From assembly GCA_010909165.1 (NCBI GenBank), contig MU008177.1, positions 248,001-312,000 on the forward strand: a stretch of DNA of 64,000 bases, given 5' to 3'. The notes under the pieces were generated by a model. The model made no database searches. It was not told where the DNA came from and was given only the letters and a program-made list of their open reading frames with translations. The stretch comes from Anthoceros angustus. Lineage: Eukaryota > Plantae > Anthocerotophyta. Below, piece after piece: positions 47,566 through 61,127 of this stretch (position 1 is the first letter of the stretch; the number at the start of each line of letters is the position of its first letter). A program made the translations under genes and the position numbers.

Positions 47566-47900
47566 TGGTATGTAGGAATCGAATTGAAGCAGCTAGCAAC
47601 AGAAAATTTTCGATTCTCTCGGGTTATACCTCTGGAATCGCTGCCCTTGGGATGGCGGTCCAAACATCACACGGGAGGCGTGCGAGGCACGATCAGTAAC
47701 CTTCTCCTTTGGGCTACATCATCCGCGCGCTGTTGTCTCCGGAATTGCGAGTAGTCTGCTTCGTCACAAAAAATTGCCTGCGGAGGCGATACACCCGACG
47801 GATGGAATAGTTTCCGTAAGCATCTACACTAGCCCAAAACCTTGGAAACTTGACAAAAAAACAATCCAAACCTCATCTCCTTCCAAAGGATGAGTAGCAT

Positions 47901-49558
47901 TGTGGACTACGGACTTCCCTGGGGGGTTAGAAGTTAGGTAGGATTTTGTTTTTTGTGTGGGAGCGAAGGATAGAACGAGGCGAAAAAGGAGGAAATAAGC
48001 CCGGTTAGCACTCGACTCGGCACTCGGAGTATACCTGACTCGGAGTGAGGCGTGCCAGACCTACGATGGCGGGCGGCGGAGTGGGCCGGACCCACTCCGG
48101 ACCGGGCGGAGAAATGCACGGGGAAGGTAACTTAGAAGTTGGGCGTAAGGGCGGACCGGGGCCAGCACAACCAGGAGTCCTAGGAGCGCCTGCTTGACGA
48201 CAGCAGCAGCAGCGGGCGAAGGAGGCAGGAGGAGGAGGAGGAAGGCGCCACAGGAGGTAAGCCCTCGGCACCCTCGCATGGAAGGACGAGGAGGATCTTG
48301 AAGGAAGGTGCAACCGGCATTCGGGAACCAAGGGAGGGCTCGGTGGATGAACCCGTGGCTAGCCCGGCGAGGAGGCATGCCCGAGCACGAGGTCCGGACT
48401 TTGTCCGGACTCAGAAAGGCGGACCAGTCCGGCCAGGAAATCTGGACCTAGGGATCCGGACTCAGAAAGGCGGACCAGTCCGGCCCCGAGGTCCGGACCC
48501 GAGAAGGTTGGGTCGAGGCCGGACCTAGAGGTCCGGACCCGAGGTCCGGACCCGAGGCCGGACTCAGAAAGGCGGGCGGAGGCCGGACCGGAGGAAGACC
48601 GGACCTAGAGGTCCGGACCCGAGGCCGGACCTAGAGGTCCGGACCCGAGGTCCAAACTCGGGAGTGGGGAGAGCCACCACCACCAAGCAGTGATCCAACC
48701 CTTGGAGGCCGCTGCGCGAGGCCCTTGGAGAGAGAAGAGGGGAGGACGAGGAGGACTTGGTGGTGGCCGCCGTTGTCGGGCCGCCGGTGGCGACAGACCC
48801 TCAAGAGGAAGGGGTCCCTCGCGGATCATCCGATTGGGTGCGCCTGACGAGGCTCGGCTTTGGGCCGGTGCCAAGAAGGAATGAGGCCATCCGGCCCTGC
48901 CACGGCGATAGGTGGAATAAGCGGTGGTAGGCGGTGGTTAGGGTACCACAGTGGCCTCATTTCGAGAATAGAGGTGTAATAAAGGCGCCGACCTTGGCGT
49001 AGTATAAGAGGGCTAAGGCCGAGATAAATCATCTTTCTCTTGGTGTTGATGCGCGTTCTTGCGAGACCTTTGTGTGTCTTCTTGCTAACGTGAGTCTGAG
49101 TCAGCGAGCACGACTCGGGAGATTGATCGGGGTCCCGGTGGCGGACCTAACGTGTTGTGGTGTGTGCGGGGAAGGGTGGCGGGACCCGTGCTCGTCGAGC
49201 AGCGGCCCGGCCGAACGTGGGCGTGAGGAGGAACTCGGGAGGCGTCTGAGCCGGACGGAGGCCAGCGAACGGAGGAGGAGGTGGCATGTAACCAGCGTCT
49301 TTCTAAGAAGAGGAGTGTAGCGTGAGGAGAGAGGAAAGGCGGATGTGTGAGTGGCGGATGTGAGCAATCGACGAGGTCCTAACGTTTGGCCATACCGGCT
49401 GTCGGTGAACGTTGTGAGTAGTTAGGAGTATGTGTGTGTTGAGGCGAGCGCGCGGTAAAATCACCAAAGCAGTAAAGGAGCCTATCATTCCCTTGAGCGG
49501 ACTTCTTCCTACAACGACACGGGATTGTGCGCGGTGGCCATCCGAAAGTCGCGCCACA
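47901..49558 (+). repeat. 5' LTR (about 1.66 kb)
   Basis: TGTGGACTACGG start, GCGCCACA end followed by the PBS; candidate TATAAG at 49003-49008. Confidence 0.9.
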
Positions 49559-49819
49559 TTTTGGCGCCGTTGCGGGGAATGAAATCGTTCCGTAGCGTGG
49601 ATGCGTGGAGGGCGTGAGGTAGTTAAGGAAGAATTCTTGAGAGTCGGACGTTGTGACGCCAGGCGCTCGAGCGGACGTGAGAGCAACGAGCTCGAGGCGA
49701 GGACACCGAAGCGGTAAGTGTGGTGGGTTGTCGGATCGAGAGGAGGCAGCACCGTCGAGGCGGTGGTAAGGCGGTTCCTCATCCCTTTGGCAGCGATAAC
49801 AACGTCGACCAAGCAAGCG

Positions 49820-52800
49820 TATTCTCTCTTTGGAGGTAAGAAGGAGAGAGACGCTGAAACCTTCGTGGAGGATTTTGTGTCTCGGGCAAACTTCAACGGA
49901 GAAGGTTCGGATGCGCAGCTCATTCAGCTGTTCCAAGGGTCCTGCGGGGTACAGCGGCTCAGTGGTATCGGAGGAAATACCGACCGCCTCAGAACGCACC
50001 CCCTGCAACCTTCGAAGCATTGAAGGATGCCTTCTTAGAAAGATTCCGCGGAATCGATCAAGAAGGCTATGTCTTGTCCAAACTCGAGAACCTGAAGCGA
50101 GGAAAGACGGAGAAGTTGGGATCGTACATCGAACGGTTCTACGCGCTGCGGGACCGGCACCCCACTCACACTACCATGCGGTGATGCGTTGGTTCGGTGG
50201 CTTATCCAAGCCAATGGCTAAGCACGTGCTGTTGTTGGCAGAGAAAGATGTGAGCAAGGCGGTCGGCGGAGAACTATGAAGAATCGATGCACCAACGACG
50301 GCCGAGGACTCCTCCGGAGGAAAGAAGAAAAAGAAGAAGCGGGGTCGGACTCAGATGAAGAACCCTCGAAGAGGAGGATGAGACCGAGGCACGGAGGAGG
50401 AAGAGGACTCGAGGAAGAATCCGAGGCCATGGAAGAAGAAGAACCCGAAAAAAAAGAAGAAGAAGCCCGTGAGTCGGAGGAGGTGGAAAGAAGGAGGTCA
50501 TGATGCCCCGATGCGAGAGGTCCCGACCCGGCTCCTTTGAAGGAAGTAGCGGGTGAGGGAAGATCTAGAACGGGTAATGAAGAGGGTGGAGGAGTTGACG
50601 ATCAACCGTGAAGGATAAAGAGCGGCGTAAGCGGCCACCACGGTCCGTACTCATCGTGGTGTGCGGTGTGTCACCAACATGGGCATTCGAGGCCAAGCCC
50701 CTCGGACCCGTGAACCGGTGGAGTACGACTACGGGAAGAGTCCGAGGCGGTGGAGGATGCAAGTGCAAGAAGCGGACCACGCGGTATCCCGGGGCGATGT
50801 ACCCCAGCGGTGGTCCGTCGTGCATCGACCTCCGATGCGCACGCATGGGAGCCCCTCCGAATTCTCGGCGGCGGTGGTCTGGGCTGGGAACCCGGACACT
50901 ACTCCAACGCTGTCCCTACCCCACCGCAAGGTAAGCGGAGACTTTGAAGCTGTGGAGATTATGGCGGGCACATGCGGCGTACCCTGTCCGAATCCTCGCT
51001 CGAGGCAGTGCGCTCACGCAACCGGGGGAGCCAAGACCACCGACGCCTCCCTAAGGCGGCGCCTGTGCTACAAATTGAAGACGCACAACTGGCGGAGTGG
51101 GAGGAGGCAGGAGCTCGAACGAGGTGGTACAGCAAGTTCGGCAAGGAGAAGGCGGACCTGGAGGTGGAAGTGTCAACCCGGAGTCGCCGAAAGGAGCGGA
51201 AGGAACGGAGACAGTCTAAGAGGAAGAAAAATGAGGATAGTCCCACGGATACGGAGGACGGAACACCTGAAGGAAGACCCGCCAAAGAGGACGAGTTAAA
51301 CCGGGCCTCCGAGAAGAAACCCCCCCCGGAGTCTCCGAGGACTCACCAACGCCGCTTCACCGGATGTGGTTCGGAAGTGACCAGATGCTTCAAGAAGAAC
51401 TCCGGGACCCAGTGGTCCGCCACCACAGAGAACCATGGAGGAGACAAGGCGAGCGTGTGTGGCAGAGAACCACCCGCCCTTTCAAGGTGGCCGACTTGAT
51501 GATGGACCAACAACACTTGGTGTCCCTTAGGCGGTTGTTAAAGGACAACCCAAGTATCGGCGAAGTCCGGAAGGCCATCGAGCGCAACCACGGAACTCCT
51601 TGGTGGGAAGGGCAAGAACGTGGAGGTAAGGGTCGTATCTCATACGGACCACAGGCGCCGATGGTGCGGTGGAAATTGCGGTGTGTAATTAAAACGTGCC
51701 TCTAGATACGGGTGAACCTCATCACCGAGGCCACCGCAAGGCGGGGTTCACCACCTTGAGCCATCCACCAAAACCCTCGGGATGGCGGACATGTCATGGC
51801 GGCGCCAGAGGAGTTGTCCGAGTCCAAGCCACCATAGCGGGAGCCCCTATACATTAGATTTTGTCGTCATCGGACCCGCGGACCTCAGGGTATGAGGTCC
51901 TGTAGCGGCCTTGGGACTCGCTCGAGACAAAACTACACTTCGGACGGAAGAGATACACTTCAAGCCGGTGGTGGGATCCAAGGTGAGGGAAGGAGCGATT
52001 ACAGGTAAGGACACGTCTTGTGGAGAAACCGTCGGCAGGTACACCTCCGCCGACGGGGATGACGCGAGGATACGAATGAGGACTACCCTTTCCCAAAATC
52101 ACGTGGTCGAGGAGGAGATGGATTGGGAGGGACGCCTTTGGAGCGGAGGTGGACGAGGTCATCGATTGTTTTAGGGTGGACTCTGCGGACAAGAGCCGGG
52201 GAAGGCAATCAAGAGGAGGGTCCAGCAGAGGAGGAAGTAGAACGAGAAGTAACCGTTTCACTTGGACGAGCTCTTTCGGAGTGGGGAATGCGTGAAGATG
52301 AACCCGGATGGAGGGCGACGTGGCAGCAAAAGGAAAGGAGGCAGTCAACCCGGACGATGTGGAAGACGTGGAGGTTCGCCCAGGGAAATTCCTCAAATTC
52401 CGCAAGGGCATGCCGGAGGGATTAAAACGAGACCTTACACAGTTGTTGGGGGAATTCAGCGGGGTGTTTGCTTTCAAGGTCACGGATATGAAAGGCATTC
52501 CGAAACAGTGGGGCGAACACCGGATAGATCTGAAGCCAGGAGCGGTGCCTGTTCGGATTAGGCAGTATAAACTGAATCCCAAGCACTCGCTCAAGGTCAA
52601 GGAAGTCCTGGATAAGTATCTGGAGGCGGACATCATCTTCCCAATCGTAAACAGTGAGTGGGTGGCGCCCATTGTGGTCGTGCCGAAGAAGCAGCAGGGG
52701 CAGATTCGGGTCTGTCAGGACTGGAGAAAGCTTAACGCCGCCACGGAAAAGGACCATTTCCCCATGCCCTTTGTGGACGACATACTGGACAAGGTGGCAG

Positions 52801-54950
52801 GCCGGAGTACCTACTCCTTCTTGGACGGCTACTCCGGCTACAACCAGTTACACCTAAGGGAGTCGGACTGGGATAAGACAACATTCACCACGGAGTGGGG
52901 GACGTTTGCCTACAAACGGAGTGCCTTCGGGATGACAGGAGCACCCGGATCATTTATGCGGATGGTGACCAATGTCTTCCGGGAATTCCTGAGGGACTTC
53001 ATGGAGGTGTTCTTGGACGACTTCTGTGTGCACGGAGAGGAGGACAAACACGTGGGACATTTGCGGAAGTGTTTGGAACGATGTAGGAGACTCAGCTCGC
53101 ATCCGAGAAATGCTACTTGCATGACAGAGGGAATCTTGTTGGGGCACCGAGTGTCGGTAAGAGGGATAGAGGTGGACCAAGACAAGGTGAAAGTCATCCA
53201 TCCTCGCCACCAGAACTTGAAGGAGTTATTCACAGGCATGGTAGGTTACTATAGGCGTTTCATAGATTTTGCAAAGCGGGCCTCCAAGCTAGAGCTACTC
53301 GGGAAGGAGGAATGGACTGGACGCCGAGAAGGGAGGCGGCATTCGAGACCTCCAGACCACTGCAGTGATGCCCGACTCAAAGGACCGGGGAAGCGATTCC
53401 ATGTGTATGTGGATGTGGCCGCCATCGTAGTGCTCGATCAAAAGATGATAAGCGGAGGGATCACCCAATCTACTACGGGAAGACAGCTCACGCCGAAGAG
53501 GTACACTACTACGGAGCGAGAGGCATTGGGTATGGTATACGTTAAGAGACACTACCTTACGCCCAATGAGTTTGTGTTCTATGTTGATCACTTACTCAAG
53601 CATTTGGTGAACAAGGACTTGTCCGGACTTGCGAGGTGGATTCTGCTGAGGAGTTCACATTTGAGGTGGAGACTAGGCGGCAACACCAGCGACTTCTTGT
53701 CCAGTTAAAAACGGAGCCTCTGCAGGATCAAGAGGGCGCCTTCCGGATGAGGAATTGGTGGCGTGATAGAGGAGGAGGTAGAGGAGCACAGTAGGACAAC
53801 CCGGCGGGTGACGGCGGAGAAGGGAGGCGGGCCGGGCGGCCCTCTTACGGAGTTGGGGCAGTACCTATGGGAGATGGAGCTACCAACGAACGGGTCCAGT
53901 GGCAGCCTTTGTGCACTACGCCGCCCTTTGTATAGCGGTGCATCTTTAAGGTAGGGCGGTGTGGAACGAAGGTACCTCAACAGCGGAGAGGTGGTAATAA
54001 AGGGATGCACGAAGGACTAGGTGGTGGACATTATGCAGAGTCACCACCAAGAAAATCTTGGAGGCTGAGTCGTGGCCCACCATGTATGGGGAAACACACC
54101 AATTGTGAAGAAGTGTGATGCTTGTCGCGGATCGAAGCCGGCGCCACAACTCAATGGCCGTTAGTGCCCATACTAGCACTAGCGCCTTTTGAGAAATGGG
54201 GCATCGACTTCGTTGGACCTATCGATAGCGACCAGGCACACACAGCGGTACATCTTGGTGGCGGACTCACGCACCGGTGGGTTGAGCGGTCGCTAGAGCG
54301 GACTGCGAGCACGGTGGCCAAATTCCTCTGAAAACATCATCACAAGGTATGGGTGTCCGAGGTAGCGATAGGGGAACCCATTTCCTCAATGATGTGATAG
54401 CGCAATGACGGACTATTTCGGCATCACACATCGTAAAACGGCCCCTACAATCCAAGGCCAGCGGATGAGAAGACCAATGGACTTATCCGCATCCTCAATA
54501 AGGTGACGGTTAACTATGCGGATACAAAGCGCCATCGGCGCTATGGGCGTTGAGCGGCGAGAAGGTAACCATAACGAACTCGTATTATCGACCTATGGGC
54601 ACTCACCCGTTATGCCGAGTTTGAGGTGCCAACACTCGGGTCATGATGGAAAGGCGCTTAACGGATGAAGAGAGCTGGAGCGGTTGCTAGGGTTTGTACT
54701 GACACGGAGGACCGGGAAGAGGCGCAGCAGCGATGCAAGCGATCAATCAGCATAAGTGGCATGATAGGCGCCTTAGGAATCGGGAGTATGTGAAGGAGGA
54801 GATCGCCTCCTTTACGACGACATATGCACTTCCGTAAACTCCACCTCGATGGATGGGGCCTTACCAAGTCGTTGTATACCCCAATGGGTCCGTTACGGCG
54901 GTTGGATGGTGAACTGCGCCCTCGGGTGAGCGGGTGGCGGGTGAAAAAGT
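49820..54950 (+). pseudogene. Indel-riddled gag-pol
   Basis: FGGKKERDAETFVEDF (gag), WCAVCHQHGH knuckle, RT ORF 52308-53708 cleanest up to about 53090, then many small deletions through RNase H and integrase. Confidence 0.88.
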
Positions 54951-54993
54951 ACCACGCTTAGTGTTGGCGGAGGCAAGCAGTGAGAAGGGAGTA

Positions 54994-57900
54994 TGTGGAC
55001 TACGGACTTCCACAGGGGTTAGAAATTAGGTAGGATTTTGTTTTGTGTGGAGCGAAGGATAAAAGGCGAAAAGGAGGAAATAAGCCGGTTAGCACTCGGG
55101 CCACTCCGGAGTATACTCTGACTCGGAGTGAGGCAGTACTTAGACCCTCGATGGCGGCGGTAAGACCGGACCCACTCCGGACCCGAGGCGGATAATCGCG
55201 GAGGTAACTTAGAAGTTGGGCGTGAGACGGACCGGGGCAGCACAACCCAGTCCAGGAGTCCCTGGGACGGGCAAGGAGGCGGCGGAGGAGGAGGAGGAAG
55301 GGGCGCCAGCCGGAGGTAAGCCCTCGGCACCCTCGCATGGAAGGGCGAGGAGGATCTTGAAGGGAAAGGGGCAAGCATTGGGAACCAAGGGAGGCTCGGT
55401 GGATGAACCGTGGCTAGCCGTGAGGAGGCATGCCCGGGGCGAGGTCGGACTTTGTCAGGACTCCAGAAGGCGGACCAGGGTCCAGGCCCCGGAAGTCTGG
55501 ACTTAGGGATCGAGACTCTAGTGGTCCGGGACCGAGGTCCGGACCCGAAAGGTTGGGTCGAGGCCGGACCCAGGCCGTCCGGTCCCAGGCCGGACTCGAG
55601 GCCGGGGCGAGGCCGGACCCGGAGGAAGAGGCCGGACCTAGAGGTCCGGACTCGAGTCGAGGCAGTCTGAGGTCCAAACTCGGGGAGTGGGGAGAGCCAT
55701 CGTCACCAACCCAGATCCAACCCTTGGAGGCCCGCGGGGGCCCGGGAGAGAGAAGAGGGAGGCGAGGAGGACTTGGTGGTGGCCGCCGTTGTCGGGGCCG
55801 CCGGTGGCCGGCAGCGGACCCTCGGGAAGGAGGAGGAATGGACACGGGCCGAGAAGGGAGGCGGCATTCGAGACCTCGGACCACTGGTCGGTGCCCGACT
55901 CAAAGGACCGGGGGGGAAGCGATTCCATGTGTGCGTGGATGTGTCGCCGCATCGGGGTAGTGCTCGATCAAAAGATGATAAGCGGAGGGATCACCCAATC
56001 TACTACGGAAGGCGGCTCACGCGCGGAGGTACACTACTACGGAGGCGGAGGCATTGGGTATGGTATCTGTGTTAAAATTCGAGACACTAGCCCAATGAGT
56101 TTGTGTTCTATGTTGATCACTTGGCTCAAGCATTTGGTGAACAAGGCGGACTTGTCGGACGTTGGTGGATTACATTGCTACAGGAGTTCACATTTGAGGT
56201 GGAGACTAGGCAGGCGGCAACACCAGGACTTCTTGTCCAGTTAAAAGCGGAGCTCTGCGGGATCAAGAGGACGCCTTCCGGATGAGGAATTGGTGGCGTG
56301 ATAGAGGAGGTAGAGGAGCACCGGACAAACCCAAGGCGGTGACAGCGGACCCGCAGCGGAGAAGGGAGGCGGGCCGGGCGGCCCTCTTGAGTTGGGCAGT
56401 ACCTATGGGAGATGGAGCTACCCAGGCGGTTGGTGAGCCTTTGTGCACTCGCTCCTTTTCCGGTTTATAGCGGTGCATCTTTAAGGTAGGCGGACGGTGT
56501 GGAAGGTACCTCCAGCGGAGCGGAGGTGGTAATAAAGGCGCCTTGGCGTAGTATAAGAGGGCTAAGGCCGCCACTGAATAAATCATCTTTCTCTTGGTGT
56601 TGATGCAGCGTTCTTGCGGACCTTTGTGTGTCTTCTTGCTAACGTGAGTCTGAGTCAGCGGCGAGCCGCAGCAGCTCGGGGTGATCGGGGTCACAGTGGC
56701 GGACCTAACGTGTTGTGGTGCCAACACTCCGGCCGTCATGATGGAAAGGCGCTTAACGGATGAAGAGAGCCAACCGAGCGTTGCTAGGGTTTGTACAAGA
56801 TACGGAGGACCGGAAGAGGCGCAATAAATATGCAATCGTGTAATCAACGCAAGCCGCGGCATGATAGGCGCCTTTAGAATCGTGGAGTATGTGAAGGAGG
56901 GAGATCCGCCTCCTTACGATACCGACATATGCACTTCCTGTAAACCACCACGATGGATGGGGCCTTACCAAGTCGCATTTAGTATACCCCAATGGGTCCG
57001 CTCACCTTCGCTGGATGGTGAACCGCCACTGGTGAACGGTGGCGGGTGAAAAAGTACCACGCTTAGTGTTGGCGAGACGCCAACAGTGAGAAGGGAGTAT
57101 GTGACTGGACTTCCCCGGGGGTTAGAAATTAGGTAGGATTTTTTTTTGTGTGGGAGCAAGGATAAAATGAGGCTAAAAAGGAGGAAATAAGCCCGCTTAG
57201 CACTGACCAAGACCGAGTATACCCCCGACCGGAGTGAGGAACGATTTAGACACGATGGCGCGACGGGTAAGACCGACCCACTCCAGACCAAAGGTGATAA
57301 GTACGCCAGTAAGGTAACTTAGAAGTTGGAGCGTGCTGTAGGAGACGGACCCTGGGACTCCAGCACAACCTGGGAGTCAGAGCGCTGCTTTGATTTACCT
57401 GGCAATGAAGGAGAGCGGCTGAGGAACCGGGAGGAGGAAGGGGCGCCATTACACCGAGGTAAGCCCCCAAGACCCCTCGCATGGAAGGACGAGGAGGATC
57501 TTGAAGGGAAAGGGGCAACCGGCATTCGGGAACCAAGGGAGGCTCGGTGGATGAACCTGTGCTAGCCCGGGCGAGGAGGCATGCCCAGAGTCGAGGTCCG
57601 GACTTTGTCAGGACTCCAGAAGGCGGACCGAGGTCCGCCCCTCAAAGTCTGACTAGGGATGCACTCAGTGACGAGTCCGGCCCCGAGGTCCGGACCCGGA
57701 GGAAGAGTTGGGTCGAGGCCGGACCCGGAGGCAGTCCGGTCCCAGGGCCGGACTCGAAAGAAGGCCGGGCTGTGAGACCCTCGGGAAGAGGAAGAGGCCG
57801 GACCTAGAGGTCCGGACCCCGAGTCGGACAGGTCCCGAGGTCCAAACTCGGGAGTGGGGAGAGCCACTCACCAACCCCAAAGCAGATCCAACCCTTGGAG

Positions 57901-60362
57901 GGCCCACACGCAGGGCCCACTGGAGAGAGAAGAGGGAGGACGAGGAGGACTTGGTGGTGATCGCCGTTGTCAGCCGCTACCGTGGCGCACTCGGCTGACC
58001 CTGAAGAGGAAGGGTCCGCCTCGCGGATCATCCGATTGGGTGCGCCTGCAATGCTGTCGGCTTTGGGCCACGGGCCAAGAAGGAATGAGGGCCATCCCAC
58101 CCCACCACCGACGGCGATAGGTGGAACAGGTAGTAGGCGGTCGGTTAGGCACACCGAAATGGCCCTCACCGTAATAGAGGTGTAATACCGACCTTCGTAG
58201 TATAAGAGGGCTAAGGCCGCTGAATAAATCATCTTTCTCTTGGTGTTGATGCCGCGTTCTTGCGAGACCTTTGGGTGTCTTCTTGCTAACGTGAGTCCCG
58301 AGTGCGAATGCAGCCGGAGATTGACTGTGGTCCCGTGACGGGCCTAACGTGTTGTGGTGTGTGCGGGGAAGGGTGACTGGGACCGTGCTCGCCCGAGCCG
58401 CGCCCAAAGACCGAACGGACTGAACGTGAGCCGGAGGAACTCCGAGGCGGCAGAGCCCTGGACGGAGAGGCCCGCTGAACGACGGAGGAGGTCCGGACCG
58501 GTAACCCAAGGCCTTTTCTAAGGGAGGTGTAAGCGTGAGGAGAGAGGAAAGGACCTGGATGTGTGAGTGAATGTGAACGATACACGGACGCGAACGGTCC
58601 CCAAACGCTTGGCCATACCGGCCCAGAGTGAACGTTGTGAGTAGTTAGGAGTATGTGTGTTGAGATCGACCCAAAGCGAGGTAAGGAATCACCGAACGCG
58701 TAAACGGAGCTATCATTCCTAACGGACTTCCACAGGGGTTAGAAATTAGGTAGGATTTTGTTTTGTGTGGGAGCGAAGGATAAAATGAGGCGAAAAGGAG
58801 GAAATAAGCCGAGTTAGCACTCCGGACTCCGAGTATACCGGAGTGAGGCGTGCCCAGACCTCGATGGCGAGGCGGCAGAGGTAGGCCGGACCCACTCAGG
58901 GACGAGGCGGGATAAGTACGGGGGAAGGTAACTTAGGGTTGGAGCGTGAGACGGACCCGGAGGCCGGACCTAGAGGTCCTAGGGAGCTGTTTGAGACGGC
59001 GGCGAAGGGAGGCAGCGGAGGAACCGGGAGGAGGAAGGCGCTTCTGAGGAGTGCCCTCGGCCTCGCATGGAAGGACGAGGAGGATCTTGAAGGGAAAGGG
59101 AGCAACGGGCATTCGGGAACCAAGGGAGGCTCGGTGGATGAACCCCGTGGCTAGCCAGGCATGCCAGGGCATGCGAGGTCCGGACTTTGTCAGGACTCCA
59201 GAAGGCGGATCGAGGTCCGGCCCAGAGAAATCTGGACTTAGGGATCCGACTCTAGTAGAGTCCGGGCCACGAGGTCAGGACCCGAGGAAGAGTTGGGTCG
59301 AGCCGGACCCGGAGGCAGTCCGGTCCCAGGGCCGGACTCGAGGCCGGGGCCGGGAGACCCGGAGGAAGGCCGGACCTAGAGGTCCGGACTCGAGATCGGA
59401 CAGTCTGAGGTCCAAACTCGGGAGTGGGGAGAGCCATGGGTCCTCCAACCCCAGTGATCCAACCCTTGGAGGGCCCACTTGCGGGGGCCCTTGGGAGAGA
59501 GAAGAGGGAGGACTTGGTGGTGCCGTTGTGCCGGCCCTTGGCCGGTGGCCTGTTGTGAGACCCTCGGGAAGAGGAAGGGGTCGCCTCATGGATCATCCGA
59601 TTAGGGTGCGCCAGCGGTGAGGCTCGGCTTTGGGCCGGTGTGCGAAGGAATGAGGGCCATCCAGCCCACCCGGCGATAGGTGGAATAAGCGGCGGTGGTA
59701 GGCGGTGGTTAGGGGGTACCACAGTGGCCCTCATCGAATAGAGGTGTAATAAAGGCCGACCTTGGCGTAGTATAAGAGGGGCTAAGGCCGCCAGATAAAT
59801 CATCTTTCTCTTGGTGTTGATCTGCGTTCTTGCGAGACCTTTGGGTGTCTTCTTGCTAACGTGAGTCTGAGTCAGCAGGCGCACGGCGACTCGGGGAATT
59901 GATCGGGGGTCACAGTAGCGGACCTAACGTGTTGTGGTGTGTGCGGGGAAGGGGTGAGGGACCCGTGCTGTCGCAAACCCGGCCGGAGCAGACTGGGCGA
60001 GGAACTCGGGAGGCGTCTTAAGCCGGACGGAGGCAGTGAGCAGCGGAGGAGGTCGAGGCTGTAACCAGCGTCTTTTCTAAGGCGGAGTGTAGCGTGAGGA
60101 GAGAGGAAAGGAACGATGTGTGAGGTGGCGGATGTGAGCGAACGATCTGACGAGCAGGTCCTTAAGCGTTTGGCCATACCGGCTGTCACGGTGAACGTTG
60201 TGAGTAGTTAGGAGTATGTGTGTTGAGATGAGCAGGCGCTAAGTGCGGTAGGAATCACACGAAGCGGTAAAGGAGCCTATCATTCCCTTGGGAGCGGACT
60301 TCTTCCCTACAACGACACGGATCAGGCGCGGCCGACTGGCCATCAGCGAAAGTCGCGCCACA
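54994..60362 (+). repeat. Array of LTR copies interleaved with pol fragments
   Basis: LTR part 54994-55830; RNase H/IN copy 55821-56538; LTR part to 56720; IN tail + PPT to 57099; LTR 57100-58730; LTR 58723-60362. Confidence 0.85.
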
Positions 60363-61127
60363 AGCATTCAACATATACTGTGAGAGGCCCGGCTCGGCTA
60401 GAAAACGCGCAGACGAAATGAAGTGTCAAGCCGGCCCTGAAACCCCGCTGGCCCACCATGCAGTTAAGGCAAACTTGGGTCAATCATTTGGAAAAATGAA
60501 TAATAGCGTACGTATCAGCTTAGATATGCGGCGCTACCTTGTGAAGGAAGAGCCTTTAACTTCCATTGCATTTATGCTCGGCTCACCACACAGAATGATG
60601 TCGACGTTATGGGGATTTTGATTAACATGATGGTGAAACATGTTTTAAACCCTATTTTTGTTGGGGTCATACTTGCGGCTGTGAAGGAAAAAGGGGTATA
60701 CCTATTTTCGATCCAATACACAGTGTTCTGGAGCCGTGGTTTGCCTATGCTGCAAACTTTATGGGGATACGACACATGATATTGAAGCATGCTTGAAACC
60801 CTATTTCGTTGGGGTTATACTTGCTGCGTTGTGAAAGCAGGTTATACCTTTTACGCCCAACAAAGCGTGTGTTTGCAAGCCGATGTGCATGACACCGCGT
60901 GAATGAAACCACTTGACTAAAGAGGCGCCCATTCGCTTTGATGGCCAGCAGCAGAAAGGCCGCCGCCCGCTTTGAAGCCGGAGCATTGCAGACGGCATAG
61001 CGTTCGCCACGCCCTGCCTTGCCAACCTTCTTTGAACCAAAGGTCACCCGTTTTGCTCATCCAACTTCTACACATACATGTAGGACTTGCGTTCTTCAAC
61101 ATGTGTTCCTCGTGGTCTTCCAGCACA

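Larger units (their letters stand above)
47901..60362 (+). mobile_element. Athila-like (non-chromovirus) Ty3/gypsy LTR retrotransposon with rearranged multi-LTR 3' end
   Basis: TG...CA ends; TSD AGCAT at 47896-47900 and 60363-60367; tRNA-Asp-type PBS TGGCGCCGTTGCGGGGA 49562-49578; gag, RT (LDGYSGYNQ, FLDDF), RNase H, integrase (WGIDFVGP); PPT AGTGAGAAGGGAG 54979-54991. Confidence 0.93.

Noticed and set aside
48826-49100. Antisense ORF inside the LTR (TQTHVSKKT...MIYLGLSPLILRQG)
   Set aside because: Recurrence in other LTR copies is not independent evidence; it overlaps the TATA region and is frameshifted between copies.
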